A stretch of 64,000 nt of DNA from Entomortierella parvispora E1425 (GCA_020891255.1 BQFW01000011.1:806001-870000), one strand, 5' to 3'; positions 1 through 14,400 are shown, counted from the stretch's first letter. Notes: generated from the sequence alone by a model not told the origin. Program-made: numbers and translations.

Positions 1-489
1 TCTTTGCACGCTCGAAAAGGATCTGCTCACGATCGACTTCGGCCATGGCCATGAGTTCAGCACGATCCTTAGCATCACCAAAGTACTCTGCATCGTATTC
101 GTCGACAGGTCCTTCGTCCTCGTCCTCGTCCTCGTCTTGATCGTCATCAGATCTCTCAGACATTTCTCCGTCAGAGATTTCTTCGTCGGAGGAATCTCTG
201 TATTGCAAATCAGTGAAAAGAGTCAGGGGTTGGTGAAAGTTGAGTCAGGTTTGGAAATGCAACAATCATCATGTTTGGACATGCGAGATCCAGCTGCTGC
301 CGAGTCGATGAGCAACTTCATCCTGCTTCATGGTGCCGCCACTATGTCCCTGTCTGCTGGGAAATTGACAACTGGATGGACTGATTGGCTAATTGGCATA
401 CTATTTTACCTGGATCTTCTTCTGCGTCTGCCCTTGTTGGAATCAGACGAGTTGGCCAGAAGGCGCAAGATCACGTCGGCGGCTGACAT
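1..489 (-). CDS. RTF1: RNA polymerase-associated protein Rtf1 (PAF1 complex), 5' part only; continues beyond the window start
   Basis: ATG at 489 (MSAADVILRLL...), donor at 409, acceptor near 198. Acidic run followed by EYDAEYFGDAKDRAELMAMAEVDREQILFERAK, resembling the Rtf1 N-terminal motif. Internal exon structure at 200-409 is uncertain. Confidence 0.7.
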
Positions 490-823
490 TGGAAAGACAG
501 GGGGTCAGATAAGTGGGGAGGAATGAGGGAAGAGAGAAGGAGACTCGGGGTGATGAGGATCGAGAGACTGATGCATCGACTCGACCAGCTGGTCCGGTGG
601 AATGAAGCGCAGAGAGGAAAGATGGCACGTGACTCACGCCTCCCTCTCTCGTTGCTTTTTTGGCACGCGGAGAAAGGTTCGATCGTGGCATCGCTGTGCA
701 ACGGACCCGCTCACTTTTCCGCTTTTCGTTGTCTCTTTGCTCGTTCTGCATCTTTCCATTCTGTGCACACCATCGCTCTTCTTCCTTCTCCTCCCTCGCC
801 CTTCTTAATTTCTTAATTTCTTA

Positions 824-3800
824 ATGGCCGCTCCTCATCCGGCCTTCCTCGCAGAGATGCTGGGTTCTATTCCACAGTAATGGCCTGCCCCATGTTGCGC
901 TATTCCCCACATTCATTCATTCGACCGACTGTCTCACCGACCCATCTTTCTTTACTCTTCTAATGCTAGTGCTCCGGAGAGTCCCCATCCTCAAAGCTTT
1001 GTCGCCGCCAAGGAAACAGCCCGTCTTCTCATCGACATTATTATCCACCCGACACAATGGCGCAGACTTGGCTCTGTGGCCTGGGAATCCGGATTGGACC
1101 TGAAGAGCGCCCTTCGCTCTCCCAGCATTCTCTACCTCCCGAACCCTTTTCACTCACAAGCACTCGCCCACTTGCTCCAACACTTGGATTTCGATCTCGT
1201 CGATGTCGAAACGCTGATCGGCTGTATTGACACTGGAGACTGGACCTGTCTACTCAAAGAGGCTTCTGTTGAGACCATGCACGCCCAACTCAGGACCGAG
1301 GTTGTGCAGACGCTTGAAAACCTCTGCCTGCTCTCGTTCTATCTCCGATCGGGCCTCAGGGCCCTTGCGTCCTCTTCGGGCGGGGCATTGTCTACACTGC
1401 AGGATGCTCAGGAGCAAGCAGACGACCGACTGATCCAGGATCTAGTAGCACGGGTCCTGCAGACTGTAAGAACCAAAGGACGACATGAACAGACGAGATC
1501 TGTTACAATAGACCGATGGCGCGCACCACTGATCGCCCGTCCTTTGTCTCCATTGAGCCGGAGCGAAGCAAACCTTAAATGGCCGACTGACATTTGATGC
1601 ATTCTTTACCTTGTGTCTTTTTGCAGCAGCCCCAGCAGACACAGACACAAACACAGACACCCGTTCCTCTCGGCATCACCAGTACTTGGCGACAGGCTTT
1701 TGCTGAACAGGCCTTGCGACTGAATGCGATCCAGGATTCCCAGAACCCAGCACTGTATGCAGAGACTATATCTATATATGCTCATGTCTACCATCCAGTT
1801 GATGAGACTAACCTCTTCCACCTGCTTGGATCCATCGGACTCAATAGCCCTTCGAAATTGTCGGTTCTTTTGAACGAGGTGCTGGAAATCATTCGACTCG
1901 ATAAGATCCGCAAAGAAGGATGGACAGACCCGTATGAACCTTGACTATTGTGGTTTGCGCAGTTGGATTCTTGGAAACCGAAGGGTTGCACCAAGCTAAC
2001 ATACTTTTCATTCTTTTGATATGCTTAGAAATGCCTCTGATAAATTGACAGATGCACAGTTTCAACAATTGGGACGGATTCTCTCCACTAGCTTTTTCAC
2101 TGTTCTGGAGTATGCTGACAGCAGTCTGCTCATGGTAGGATGGACAACCCCCCAGAAAATGCAATCACAATCTAGAAGTCCCTTTTGCAAGTTTCTTTTT
2201 GCTGACCTTTGACCTTGGACTCTTTATTTCATAGCCCGTTGAGAACGCTGCTCTTCTAAGCCGTTATGCTGCTCAATTGCCTGCTTCCTGGTATTCAGAA
2301 GATTTCCTCCGAGCGACCATCAGGATGGCCAAGACATTTATTCTTACAGAAAAGCGCGACAAGATCCGAGTGCCGCTCCAAGTGGGCGGACTCACTGCAC
2401 TGACTACCCTGTGGTCGTTCTGGATGAGAAAGACGGGATCTGGGGATGCCAACGTCTTGGGACAGGATCTGATTGAGTTGATGGGAGAAATTCTGACCAT
2501 CCCTTCCTTGTTCACTGGCCCCGAGTCCAGAGGATTGCTGGGAGCTTGTTTCTCGGGATTGGCCACTGGATTGGACAAGTGGTCAGGGTTGATGGAGCCA
2601 ACAATCGTGGACGGCCTTGTGGCGGGACTGGAACGTGGACGAGTCTCGGCCCAGGACAGGGACCTGGACAGCATTCAAGCCAGTTTGGCCATGGTACTCA
2701 GATCCGAAATTGTGAACGGTGCAGACGGGCAAAAGGCCGGCGTGGAGAATGACGGCAAGAGCTCCATCTCCAAGCTGGTCACTGCCTTTCTTCAATCCTT
2801 TTACGGAGTCTCGTCTTTGGAGAACCCTGTCGACTTGGCAAGCATTGATGAACTTTTCCAGATCCAGCGACTCTTTCAGTTTGTTGTAACGCAAAGGGCT
2901 GGTTTGACACCCGCAAAGGATGACGAGGATGAAAAGAAGAAAAGGCGGAAGCGCAAGGTCAAAAAGGCGGTCGATCTGAAGAAGCAAGAATGGTTCCAGG
3001 CTTTGGTGCACGGCATTCAGGATGTCACTGCACCGGATGCGCTCCCAGCCCTACTTACAACCACCGGTATTCTGTATGTTGGTTATGTTCTCTTTTCTGC
3101 AAAGGCGACGACTGTTACCCAGTTGAAATTCTCCGCCTACTCTGGTTGTCTAACACTCATTTCTTTTTTTCTCTCTCTTCGGTGTGTGAATCTCTAGTCG
3201 TGCGATCCAACATGCAGAGGACGACCCACCAAAGGTCGATGCCGAAAGTTTGGCTCTTGTGCAGGATATTTTTGTCAGCAGGCTGACAGCCTGCGTGGAG
3301 GTTTTGAAACAGGAAGGCGGGGGAACCTTGTTGCCGGGCCATGCTCAAGCTTGCCTCGTATTTGCAACCAGTCAAACGGTCCCCAACTTGCCTCCATGCA
3401 AAATTGACGCAGAGGAATGTGCACTCTTGGCCAACTTGTTGATCGACTCGATGCTCCAGCCAAACGCAGGAATTGTCCCCGTCAATGAAATCCTGCGCGT
3501 GATCACCTATGAGCTCTCCCGAGAGCGAAACCGACTCAAGATTGACGGAGAGGCGGACAAGTTCTTGACCAAGACTGTGAAAGGGCCGTTGTTTTCAGAG
3601 ATGGGCAGGATCGCTCGCACGGTGGCAACGCTTATGGAAGGCATGGCCAAGGCTGGGGATTGGGACCGCATTCAGTCTTTATTGCAAAGGATGCATTCTT
3701 TTGCCGTCAACATGCACGTGGATTGGGCCCGCTGCGGTCTCTCCAAGGCAGACTCGTTTATAGAGGCCAGGGATGGTGACGAGAGTATATCTGTTGTCAA

Positions 3801-5296
3801 GACGTTGGATCAGGATACCAAAAAGGTCGCTTCCATGCTGTTCCAGGTGTTCAAGACTGTCCTCTTTGCTTATACCATGATCTTTGGCGCCGTCGTTGAA
3901 AAATCGTCTTCAGAGCCAGGTAATTTTGATTGTTTATTCCTCTTTTCTTTTATTCTTTTCTTGATTATCATTGAATCATGGGCATCCTATGAAAGAAACC
4001 AGTATGTGCAAGTTATTCATGCCTTTTATTCATTCATTGAAAATAGTACCGACAAGCGTTGTTGCTCAGTTGGACTACCTGATCTTGGACAGCTACGCCT
4101 ACTTGTTCTTTATCACCTACAAACTCGGACCTGGAGGATTCCAAGTGTACGAAGATCTCATTACGACCATCTTGACACGCATCGTCATTTCTGAGGATGT
4201 GGCTTCAGGCACCGTCTCGGCTGCAGAAGCACAACAACAAGACGAAAAGGAAACCAGTGCCTCATTAGGAGTCGACCCTCGTCAGCATGTTCTTTTGAAC
4301 AAGACCTTGAAGGCCATGATGCCCAAGGCCGAACTAGGATTCCATGATCCCGTACTGGAGAGTCGTACCTTGTTCTTTATGAACATGCTGGAAAGGGTCA
4401 TGATGGTCGTGGAAGAGTCGTTCTTGGAACGGGAGCTCTTGCCCATGGTGTACCCTTATTTGCTCAAGAACGATCAAAAGGACCTTTTCGAATCGGCTCA
4501 TTCCGTGGTCATGTCTGTGTTCCTGACCCGTAAACGAGTCGCTCAACAAGTCGGACCTTACTACTCCAACCTGTTGATTCAACATTTCCCAGACCAGATC
4601 AATATTGACCAGTTGAGGGCGGCGTTTACGACCATGATCCGATCCTTGTCCGAGACGGACGATGCCCTGGCCTGGCTCTGTGTCGAGCGGTTGTTGGAAA
4701 GGATCGATCAGTACGATGCTTTGGTCCGCACGGATGTGGAGGCAGCCGGCGCACAGCTAGAGGTCCCGACGTCCATCCAGGAGGTGCGCGAGGCCGCCGT
4801 GGGTGCTGCCCTGACGGTTCAAGAAAAGACATTCCAGAGAGAGCAAGATACAGCGCTGGTGGACGTGGCCACGACGGTCCATCAGGACTTGAGTCCCAAG
4901 GACTCGGCCTCTCAGCTCCCTTCCCTCGCCACCTCCGTGACCCCTACCCGCCTCTCGGCCTCGGACGCTGCGGCCACGTTGCGTCGGGCCAAGGAAAGAG
5001 GAGAACTCTTGTTGGCGCTCTTTGATCAACTCTCGAGCGTCAACTTGGTCTTTGTGGAGACGTTGGGTCAAAAGATCCAGACGCTGATTGCGCAGGAGCA
5101 TTCTTTGGTCGCCCGCAAGGCTCTGTTGAGCTGCTTGTTGGACGTGATTGGCGGTCCCGCAGTCGATCATACGAAACGCGACTGGGCCGTGAAGTGGTAC
5201 TTGGGCTTGGTCAGCGAGTTTGGAACGGCTCGGGATCAAGATGGCAAGGAGGCGGAAGGTGCTGAAAAGCATCGACTTGGACCCAGTCATCTTTAG
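824..5296 (+). CDS. PEX8: Peroxin Pex8-like protein, multi-exon
   Basis: Spliced start MAAPHPAFLAE (ATG 824, intron ending 969) joins ORFs 1076, 1594, 2277, 3250 and 3971. C-terminal region SRTLFFMN...DLFESAHSVVMSVF...PYYSNLLIQHFPDQINIDQLRAAFTTMIRSL resembles fungal Pex8. Ends in -SHL, a PTS1-type tripeptide. Confidence 0.7.
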
Positions 5297-5501
5297 AAAA
5301 ACTCCTTTGTCACATAAACATAGCTTTTGTAAGAACTCTTCCGATGCTTTTTAAACCACTTTGAGTGTCATTGAAATGAAAAAGTCTTTATATTACATTG
5401 TTGATGTGGAAGGATAGGGTCATAAATTGTGAATCGTTGACATAAAAATGCAGCAAACGGAAACTAGATAGAATGAATGGTGAAAAATAAAAACTAGACA
5501 A

Positions 5502-8500
5502 CTAGACAGACAGAGGTGGAGACAAAAGTCGAGTGTCTGCGCCATCCTCCTTCACGTCTTGCTGCTGTTGAAACTGCATGTGCAGTGTAGGCGTGGAGGG
5601 TCTGCTGCTCTCGTCGTCATTGCGTCCTTCGATGCTGCTGCTGTACGAGTACCGAGAAGAGTAGGGTTGAGAATCTCTCTTGGAACTCTCTCGGGTCGAG
5701 TCATGGCTGATACTGTGGTTGCGGCTGTGGGTCTGGTGGTGGGGGTGGTTGTTGCTCTTGGCCAGATCCAGTGCCACCTTCAACTCGAGATTCATCTCCA
5801 TGACCTTCCGAGCCTCCTCCTCTGCTCTCGCAGCTCTTCTGGCCATCAGATCTGCCTGTTCGACCCAGCGCTGACGCTGCTCCTCAAACAAGGCGGCGGG
5901 GGACGACACCTCCTGACCTTCATCCCCCTCTCGACTCTCCTTCTCCTCGTCGTCGGCGGCCTTCTTGGCCGTGGCGGCTGCAGCGGCCAGATTGAGTCCC
6001 GCAAGGATGGCGTTCAATCGCGTCACCTCCTGCTCCAGATTCTCAATCTTGAACACATTCTCTTGCTCTTGCAGATGCTGCATCGAGACATGTCTCTCCA
6101 AGGACCGGTTCGTACGCTCCAAGATGGCCTTTTCTTGCTCACTGGCCTCCAACCGCCTCTGCATCTGGAACAACTCCTCTTCGAGCTGGTCATGACGATC
6201 CGATTGGTCCTCGATACGGTCCCGAAGCACGCGCTCCCGTGCATCGAGCTCCCGTCGTTCTGCTGCAAACGCATCCTCGAGACGGTCCGAATGATGCAAC
6301 AACTCGGCCTCTTTCTCGAACCTATGTCGCTCAGTCAGGTCCGACAAATGGTCTGCATGGTCTTGAACTGTTCTTTCCAAGACATCCGCATGCTCCCGTT
6401 GCATCCTCTGGATCTCACTAGCGTGCTCGCTTTCCACGGCCGCGATTTTGCTCTGCAGGATATCCTTGTGCTCCTCTTGCATCTTTTGGAATTTGGCTGC
6501 ATGCTCGTTCTCCAGGTCCAAGAGCGTAGTCTCCAATGCAACCTCATGGTCTTGCTGCATTTTCTGAACGTCGGTCGCATGCTCGCTCTGCAGGGCCGAA
6601 ACCATGATCTCCAGTGCACCTTCGTGTTCCTGCTGCATCCTCTGGACGACGGTGGCATGTTCGTCTTCCAGGGTCGATAGCTTGGTTTCCAGGTCATCCC
6701 CATGTTCTTGTTGGATTCTTTGAACTTCAGTCGCATGCTCGCTCTCGAGGGTTGAGATCTTGGTCTCCAAGACATCTCCGTGCTCCTGCTGAATTCTCCG
6801 GACCCCGGTCGCATGCTCACTTTGCAAGGCCGAAACCCTGGTGTCCAAGACATCCTCATGTTCCTGCTGCATCCTTTGAACCTCGGCCTCATGTTCGCTC
6901 TCCAAAGCTGAAACCTTGGCGCTAAGTCTCTGGACTGTGTCCTGCAAGATGCGATATTGGACCTCTTCTTGCTCCGACTTTTCACGAGAGGCCTGCAGCT
7001 CGGCTTGCAGCTGCTCAAACCGCTCCTCTTGGAGCTTTTGTTCCTCACGAAGAGTCTGGACAAGTCCCTCCAACTCGGCAGCAGATTGCTCAGCCTTCCT
7101 GACTTTTTCTTCCAAGTCTTGACTCTGGACCGTCAACAGCTCGACCTTGGACGCGTACTCGTCCCGAAGACGATCCTCTTCAGCCTGGAACGCCTGCTCC
7201 TTCTCAAGAGCTGCCCGCTCCAGTCTCTGAGCTTGGTCCTTGGTCGAGCTTAGCTCGTGTTCAAGCGACCGGTGAAGCGCAGTCAGTCGCAGCACCTCCT
7301 CTTCCATGGCCTGTTGCACGCCATGGATCTTTTCAGTATGGCGTGCGCTCTGGATCTGTCCCTGTTCCTGGTGATGGTCGCGCTCCTGTCGCACCTGCTC
7401 CAGTTCCAGCTCCTTGGCCTCCATCTGCTTCTGCAGTTGCTCCAGCTGGGTCACCATCTCGGTCCTGGAGCGGTCCTGACGTTCCATGAGCGCCTCAAAG
7501 AGCACCTCCTTTTCATCTTGGATCTGCCGCACAGCATCCTTCAATTCCTGATCGTGCAACATTTGCAACGATTGGCGATCGAGAGAAGAACGGTCCAGAG
7601 ACTGGGAAGTCTCTGAAGGATCAAGTCCCTTTGAAAAGGAGGCCTGGGCGATCTGAGTCTCTGCCAGCGCAGAAGCGGCCTCGGCCAGTTTGAGCTCGAG
7701 CGAGTTGCGTTCCACAGAGAGGTCGTTCAACTGTGACCGGAGCTCAGATTCGTCGCGGATCCTGGATGAGAGCGCAATTTCGGTGTTGGCGAGCTCCCTT
7801 TCCAGATGACTGATTCTCTTCTTGAGCTGGGCCATCTGCGTGCTCTCCCGACGCATATCCCCCACATGGCTCAACTCGGGGCTCATGGGGAGTGAGGACG
7901 AGGGCGTAGGCAGAGTCATGGCGTGTGCACGATGGTGCGAGTCCAGAACCAGCTGAGGTGCTGGGAATGCCAAATCACTTTCTTCCGAGATGTTTCGGTG
8001 GCTCAGTGGGGGCGATGGTGGAGGCAAGGAGGGCAACGGCGAGGAGGGTGGTGGAGGGGTGGTCATGCGGTCAAACGTAAAACTGCCCATACTGCTGATG
8101 GAGGCCGCTGAACCTGCTCTGGGTCGGGCAGAGCCCTGAGCAAATGGTTGCAACAAATCTCTGGAAGAGGTCGATGAGGACGAATGGCTGCTCTTGTGGC
8201 CCCCGGAGCGCTTTCCAGTAGCATTTGCGGGATTCTTGCGCGAAACCAATGGCGATGTCGCCACAATATTGGCACCAGGAGGAGCAGGACCCGATGGTGG
8301 TTTAATGTTGCCAACGGGAGTGACAGACCTAGAGCGAGGTGCAGGCGTCTGAGACCTTTCAGGTGCGATTGGGTCGTCGCGCACAGAGGATGCAACATTC
8401 CCCGTTTCCTTCTGGTCCTGGTCGTCGTCCTGGATAGGAATCAAAGTAATGATCTCGCTAGTGTCTGGCTGTGACAGGGTCTGACTGAGTCGAAGCTTGG

Positions 8501-10499
8501 ACTTTGCTGGGGGCTTTGGACCGAGATATTGCTGTGATGTCCTGGACTGTGAGTTTTGCTCCTCATGTTGCTGCTGCTGCTGTTGCTCTGACTGATCCTG
8601 GCTCCCTGTTTCTTCCTCAAGATCCTGCCAAGAGCTCTTTCGTTGCGCACTGCTAACTGGACTCTCGAGGGCCTGGGAGGACGAAGGGAGGAGATCGATC
8701 CTTGGCTGGACGCTCTCGTCCTCCCACGAGAAACGCTTGGGCTGCAGTGCTGGGAGGTGAGCATAATCTTGGAGGGAAACTTGTTTCTGAACTTGGTCTT
8801 GAGGCTGCTCAGGAGAGGGAACCGACAATGCATCCGACATGGTTGTGTACTCGACCAAGGTTCGCAACTTTGGACTCTCAGCGCCCGACTTGGGCAACAC
8901 CCGATCGTTGCCACTGTTTCGGCGCTGCAGGTTTGAGAACAGGTTAGGGGATTCTTTGAGTTTGCTGGGGAGACTAGACCGACGCTTGAGCCTCTTCTCT
9001 GCAAACAGTCTGTCCGCTTCCGCTTGAATTGCTCTTTCCTCCTCGTCATCGAGCAAATCTTGCGAGGACACTTGAAGCGGTGCCTGGTGCGGTTCTTGGC
9101 GCTGCTGCTGCTGCTGCTGTTGCTTTGATTCGTCCTGTTTCTTGGTTGGACGAGATCGATCTGTTCGCTCTGCTCTCGGTTCCCGCTCCGGTCGCCGCGT
9201 GGCACCGCGACGTCCGCGAGGACCCATGTTGGGTGAGGTCATCTCCTGGAGCATGGCTTCATAATCATCGAGCGACGGTAACGGTGCCTCATCTTGCACT
9301 GGCTCGCGACGCCGTTGAGCTCTGTGGGAGGATCGAGGTGACTCATTTCGACGCTCATTGAGACTGTCGAGCAGAGGAGGAGGTGCCTGTTGCTGCTCGA
9401 AATGATGAGGTGGCGATTGAGCCGGTGCAAAGGTCTGCTGCTTAATTCCCGTAGAATCGTGGCCACTCTTGGATGCAAGATCAGCAGGTGCAGGTTGCAA
9501 GACCGACCGTTCGTCCTGGTCTTGCTGCTGCTGTTGTTTTTGAAGCTGTTCCTGAAGCTGGTGTTGCTGCAGTTGCTGAAGTTGCTGTGAATAGTGCTGC
9601 TGCAGTTGCTGGGATGGATTGGGGAATGACTCTTGCTGACTGTAAGCACTGTGCTGACTGGAAAAGCTCTGGTGACTATCTGTCTGGTTGTAATGGTCAA
9701 AGTTACTGTGGAGAACGCTGCTGTTGCTCTGAGCATAGCTGTGTTGAGGTGGGGAGCGGCCGTATTGCTGGTGTTGTTGCTGGTGTATGTGGTTCTGGTG
9801 GTACAATGGCGCATTGTTGTTGGCGCTCACATTACTATTGTTGCTGTTGCTTCGGTACCGTCCACCCGTGAAAGAGGCATGAATGGGCGCTGTACTACCA
9901 CCACTGCTGCCAACACCGACACCGACACCAGTGCCGCTGTTGCTAGAAAGAGAGTGACCCCGGGGGGGCGTCTGTTGATGAGGTTGCATCATGGGCGACT
10001 GACGCTGTGCCTGAAACCCCTGGAATTGATTATGCAATGACCCGTACGACGTTTGATGTTGCAGTTGCTGTTGTTGATGATGAGGGTGCGGGTGCTGACT
10101 GTACGAACTCGTGTTCGAGTGCAACGGTGCGTCGGCCGAGGACGAGGTCCAACTCTGGAACGAGGAGACAGAGTCTGTCGTTTGTTTCTAATGATGATCC
10201 GGAATGTGAAAAAACAAAAGAATGCATGAGCCCCCGAGTTTTTTTTCCCGTATGGTGAACAAATAAAAAGTACATGGCCATGAGGCCATGAAGGTGTCGT
10301 GATGGCCAGGGGATGCAAGCGCGATGCAATGCAATGTTAAAAAGCAAGAGTGGTTGCTTACCATAAGGTTGCTCCTAGGGTGTGTCCAGTCTGCGCTATC
10401 GTGACGGGAGTGACCCTCCTGGTAATGCTGGGGCGAGAAAGGGCGCTCATGTGGAGGCGGCAGTTGCTGCTGGTGACTCGGGAAAGGATATCGACTCAT
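5502..10499 (-). CDS. Large protein with Q/S/P/H-rich disordered N-terminus and long C-terminal coiled coil; function unknown
   Basis: 1540-aa ORF plus short first exon (ATG 10499, donor GTAAGC at 10361, probable acceptor at 10155). E/Q/L/K-rich heptad-like C-terminal half. Confidence 0.8.
6370..6915 (-). repeat. Coding tandem repeat, 7 x 26 aa (78 bp), inside the coiled coil
   Basis: Units such as ESEHEAEVQRMQQEHEDVLDTRVSAL / QSEHATGVRRIQQEHGDVLETKISTL / ESEHATEVQRIQQEHGDDLETKLSTL. Confidence 0.85.
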
Positions 10500-11485
10500 A
10501 GCAACCACGGAGAGGCGATGCAGTAGAAGAGGAAAACGAGGAGGGTAGAACGGATAGAATGATGGCGATGAGAGGAAGGGGAGGAGGAGGAGGAAGAGTG
10601 GGCGAATAACAAGGGAGTCAGGTCAAGGTTAAGAAGAAGGAAATGAAAAAGAAAAAGAAAACGAATACAAGGATGAAGAAGAGAACACGAACTTCGAAAC
10701 AAAAGAAAAGGAAACGAATGAATGAATGAATGAATAAAATGAAGAACAAAAACGATAAACCGTCGAATCAGGTCCCGACCGCATCTATGATCTCTTTTCT
10801 CTCTTGTCCTTCCCCTTTTCGTCTCTCGGCCACTCCGCACTCGCCATTTTGATTGCAATGAAACCCAGCCTGGCTGACTGGTTGGCTGGCGTGCCAGCCC
10901 TGGTTGTCGGGTTGTGTTGTGAAAGGGCGTTGGGTGGGGGTGAAAGGAGGAATAAAAAGAGAGGGGGGCAGTGCATTGCGCTGCTGTTGTGTAGTTGTGC
11001 TGGTGTATTGCTTGCCCCTGCAAGAGCAAAGGACACCGTAGGACACCGTTGCGGGTCCATGCAGCCATGCTTGAAATGCCATCTCTTGTTCTCTCCTCTT
11101 TCATAAAAATAGGGTCTTGTTCCGGTGGCGTGGCGGTCAGGTCAACAAACATCACAGACCCGGCAGTGTGTTGCTTTGCTTTGCTTTGCTTTACAAAAAA
11201 ACTTGAGAGCACCGCGGCCATATCGACAACAAACGTAATGCAAGACTCGATGCCACTGTTGAGAGCACAACTCTGGGCCACGTTGATGGCCGATTTTGGT
11301 TTTCTCGGGTGCATTTTCAGTCGCGGTTTGTATCTGTCTTTGTGGACTGGAATGAGAGCAGAGAGATCGACCCGATACGTAAAAACAGTGGCTCCTCTTC
11401 CTGGCCCGTTACCACAGATCAAAGCGCATCTACTGCCTTTTTATTAATGTCATTTCGAAAAAAAAAGGAAACAACCCTCGGTCCA

Positions 11486-14400
11486 TCAGTCCTTGGACTG
11501 CCAGACAAACAGGGCCTTGTCCCTCAGGACCTTGCGTCCCATCAACTCCCATTCTAATGGCTTGATCCACAGCTCATTCGCCGTCTCTAGCTTTCCTAGA
11601 ACAGACGCTCCTTTCCAAACCAATAACCTAGGATCCATCTCCCTTGGTGAGGGCAGGACCTCAACCTTCTCAACTGTCGTCAGCGTTGCGGGTAGCGCTT
11701 GGAAGAGCCGGTCCTCCAAAACGCGGTCGAATCCTTTCACCATTCCTCCACCGCCAACCAAGATAATACTTCCATACAGCTTCTTGGACCGTTCTTCGCT
11801 GCCACAGTTGGAGATACTCTGCGCCACGACAACATCCAATGCCACCAGGCTAGAAAAGTGATCTTTCCCGATAGTGCCTGCGATTTCCCAAGACTTGTCT
11901 GTGGTGGTGACTGAAGGTTCCAATGGAAAAGGAACAACAGCTGGCACGACCGGAGCGACGGGCGCGACTGGGGCCACGGCGCTAGGGGCTGGTGTTTGTA
12001 CAGGTGTCGCCGCACTAGGGGTTCCAACCTGTGGTGTCCCAGCTTCTTCGCCATTTGCGGTCAAAGTGGGTGTTCCTGACCGAGCTGCAGCGGCAACAGC
12101 TGCAGCAGCCGCGGCCGATGCCGTGGCAACAGTTTTCTTTGTGTTCTGATTGACTAGCGAGATCTATTGTTATAATCCAAACGAGATGCATGATGGGTGG
12201 AGATAGTTCATTGTTAGTGGCGTTTCACAATTATTGTGTCTCTCCAAGTACAAAATGCAACAAATTGTCAAACTTACAGCTGGCGCATCCTCGTTGATAT
12301 CCTCATAGTTGGTAAGTTTAGCAAAAGTAGGCGCAATCTCACGTTCCTCAATCCATCGGCGAATGACCCCCGGGAAAAACAGACACTGTAAACGAAAAGG
12401 GAACGCAATAAAAGAAGACACGGTTAGAACGGCTATTGGCTTTGGGTCTGGCAACACCGGAAAAAAACGTACCATTGGGGAAAGAGCAACCTCATCGTAC
12501 ACCTTCATCTGGTACTTTTCGGTCTGCTTTTCTGGCTTGCGCACAAAGAACGAGTACACCTGCACTGTAAGATCGGCTTCGTTCATGGTACACCACTTTT
12601 CCTTAAGCTCTTCCATCAGTCTCCAGTCGTAGGTTTGGGCCAGGTCAAGTTCTTGATAAGGAAAGCCAGTCCTTCGTACCAGTGCAGAGAAGCATCTAGT
12701 AATATCATCTCCTCCATACTTCAAAACTGCACGAGAGTTGGGGATGCAGATACCATCCTCTACGCAGGCAACCTTTGTCACTTCCGCGCCAATATCGACA
12801 ACACATGCAGCAGAGACACCAGCACCAAACGATGCACAGACAGACTCTTGCTGAACCATGACTCCCTTGAACTGCATGGATCTCAAAAGCATCCCTACAA
12901 GTTCAGTGACATAGACCTTGCTGTATAAATCAGGGATAACCAACAAAGCGTAGTGTTTCTAACAATTTTGAAAGAGGATCTCTGGTCAGCTGTTGTCCAT
13001 GGTTTGTAGCCATCGTCTCTGCACACCCATCCTGTGTCCTTACCCTAAAGTTCTTGTGATCAATTCCCAAATCATCCTCAATGACCTTGGTCCATATCGT
13101 CTCCAAATCAGCGACGACCACTCTCGGTGAGGGATAATCCAGATCATTGAGCTTTCCGCCGACGACTGGCCAGCGCAGTTTGAAGGTATGGTTCTTTCCT
13201 GGAGGCAGGTTAAGCGCCTTTTGTCCAATGATGTATTCGCCTTCTGCAGCGGGATCTGTCCATTCGACCTTGTAGGGGTCGTTGTGATCCAAAATCCGCT
13301 CTGGCCTTGTGGAAGAGTTGAATGATCTCACTTGAACCTTTGCGTTCGGGACAGGTCTGCGTTTGGCCGCCTTCATCCGCTGCTTAAGATCATACTCGAT
13401 AATTTGAAGATATTGATCATTGACAACCTATATGAAAAAACAATCACTAGCATTTAGTTGAACGATATTCTCGACTGAAGCTTGTTTGTAAAGGTCACTC
13501 GACGCTTACATCAATCTCCTTGGTTTCGTGCTCGTGCTCCTCATCCTCATCGACATCTACATCCATACCGTTGGATTCTTCTTCTTCTTTCTTCTCCACG
13601 TCGCCTTCAGGTACAGGAGCACCCTCCACTCCATCTGTGACGGTTGTTGTTTCCGTGCTAGTTGTTTCCGTAGGAGCTGCTTCCTGCTTTGTTTCCTTGG
13701 GGGTTGTCGGTACAACAGCAGGTTTCCGCATTCGACGCGCAATACAGTGTGGAATAACAATAGGGTATGCGTCCGAAGCTCGTCCAATCTTCAAAAACTT
13801 TGAGCCAGGATGAATGACAATAATCTTTTTGCCAGCATCGCTTGACTAGAGGATAACAATAATAAAATCGGCTTTGTAAGCCCCATTGCATAGAACATTT
13901 GGACTATGGGCCATCCTTGAAACAACCATATCCATGAAAAGAGAACTTACCGATTTGGTCTCGCCATTCTCATCGGTCTCATTGATGACACTGTGCTCCG
14001 AGTCGCTGTCGCTGGTGAACTCGCTATCGTCCTCATTCTCCTTATCACCCCTATCCTGATCTTCATTCTCCTCTTCCTCTTCTTCCTCGTCTGCAAAGAT
14101 GCCCTTTCGGATAGCTTCCATCTCATCCTGCTTCTTTTTCTTGGCTGCAACAGCTTCTTCTCCATTGTCCTTGGACTCTGGACTTTCACTGTTGCTGTTC
14201 TCCTTGGAATCTCCATCCTTGGAAGGGGACTCTCCTTCCTTGACTTCCTCGTCGCCCACAGCCTTGCGCTTTCTTCGCTTTTGCTTTGAGGCCAAGTCCT
14301 TAAGGACAAAGTTCTTTTCCGTCTTTAAAAAGTTGCTGGTCACATTCCTAATAGGCAAGGGAACCAAAGGCGCAAAGGTCGTAAATTTGAACTGGGGGAC

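Noticed and set aside
5559-7616. Long plus-strand ORFs (e.g. 373 aa) opposite the coiled-coil gene
   Set aside because: Leu-rich antisense shadows of Glu/Gln codons; the same applies to 15395-16483, 27243-27833 and 36811-37716.
10496-11447. 308-aa and 150-aa ORFs between the coiled-coil gene and ARP8
   Set aside because: They translate microsatellites and pyrimidine tracts, with no motif or codon bias; likely promoter or UTR sequence.
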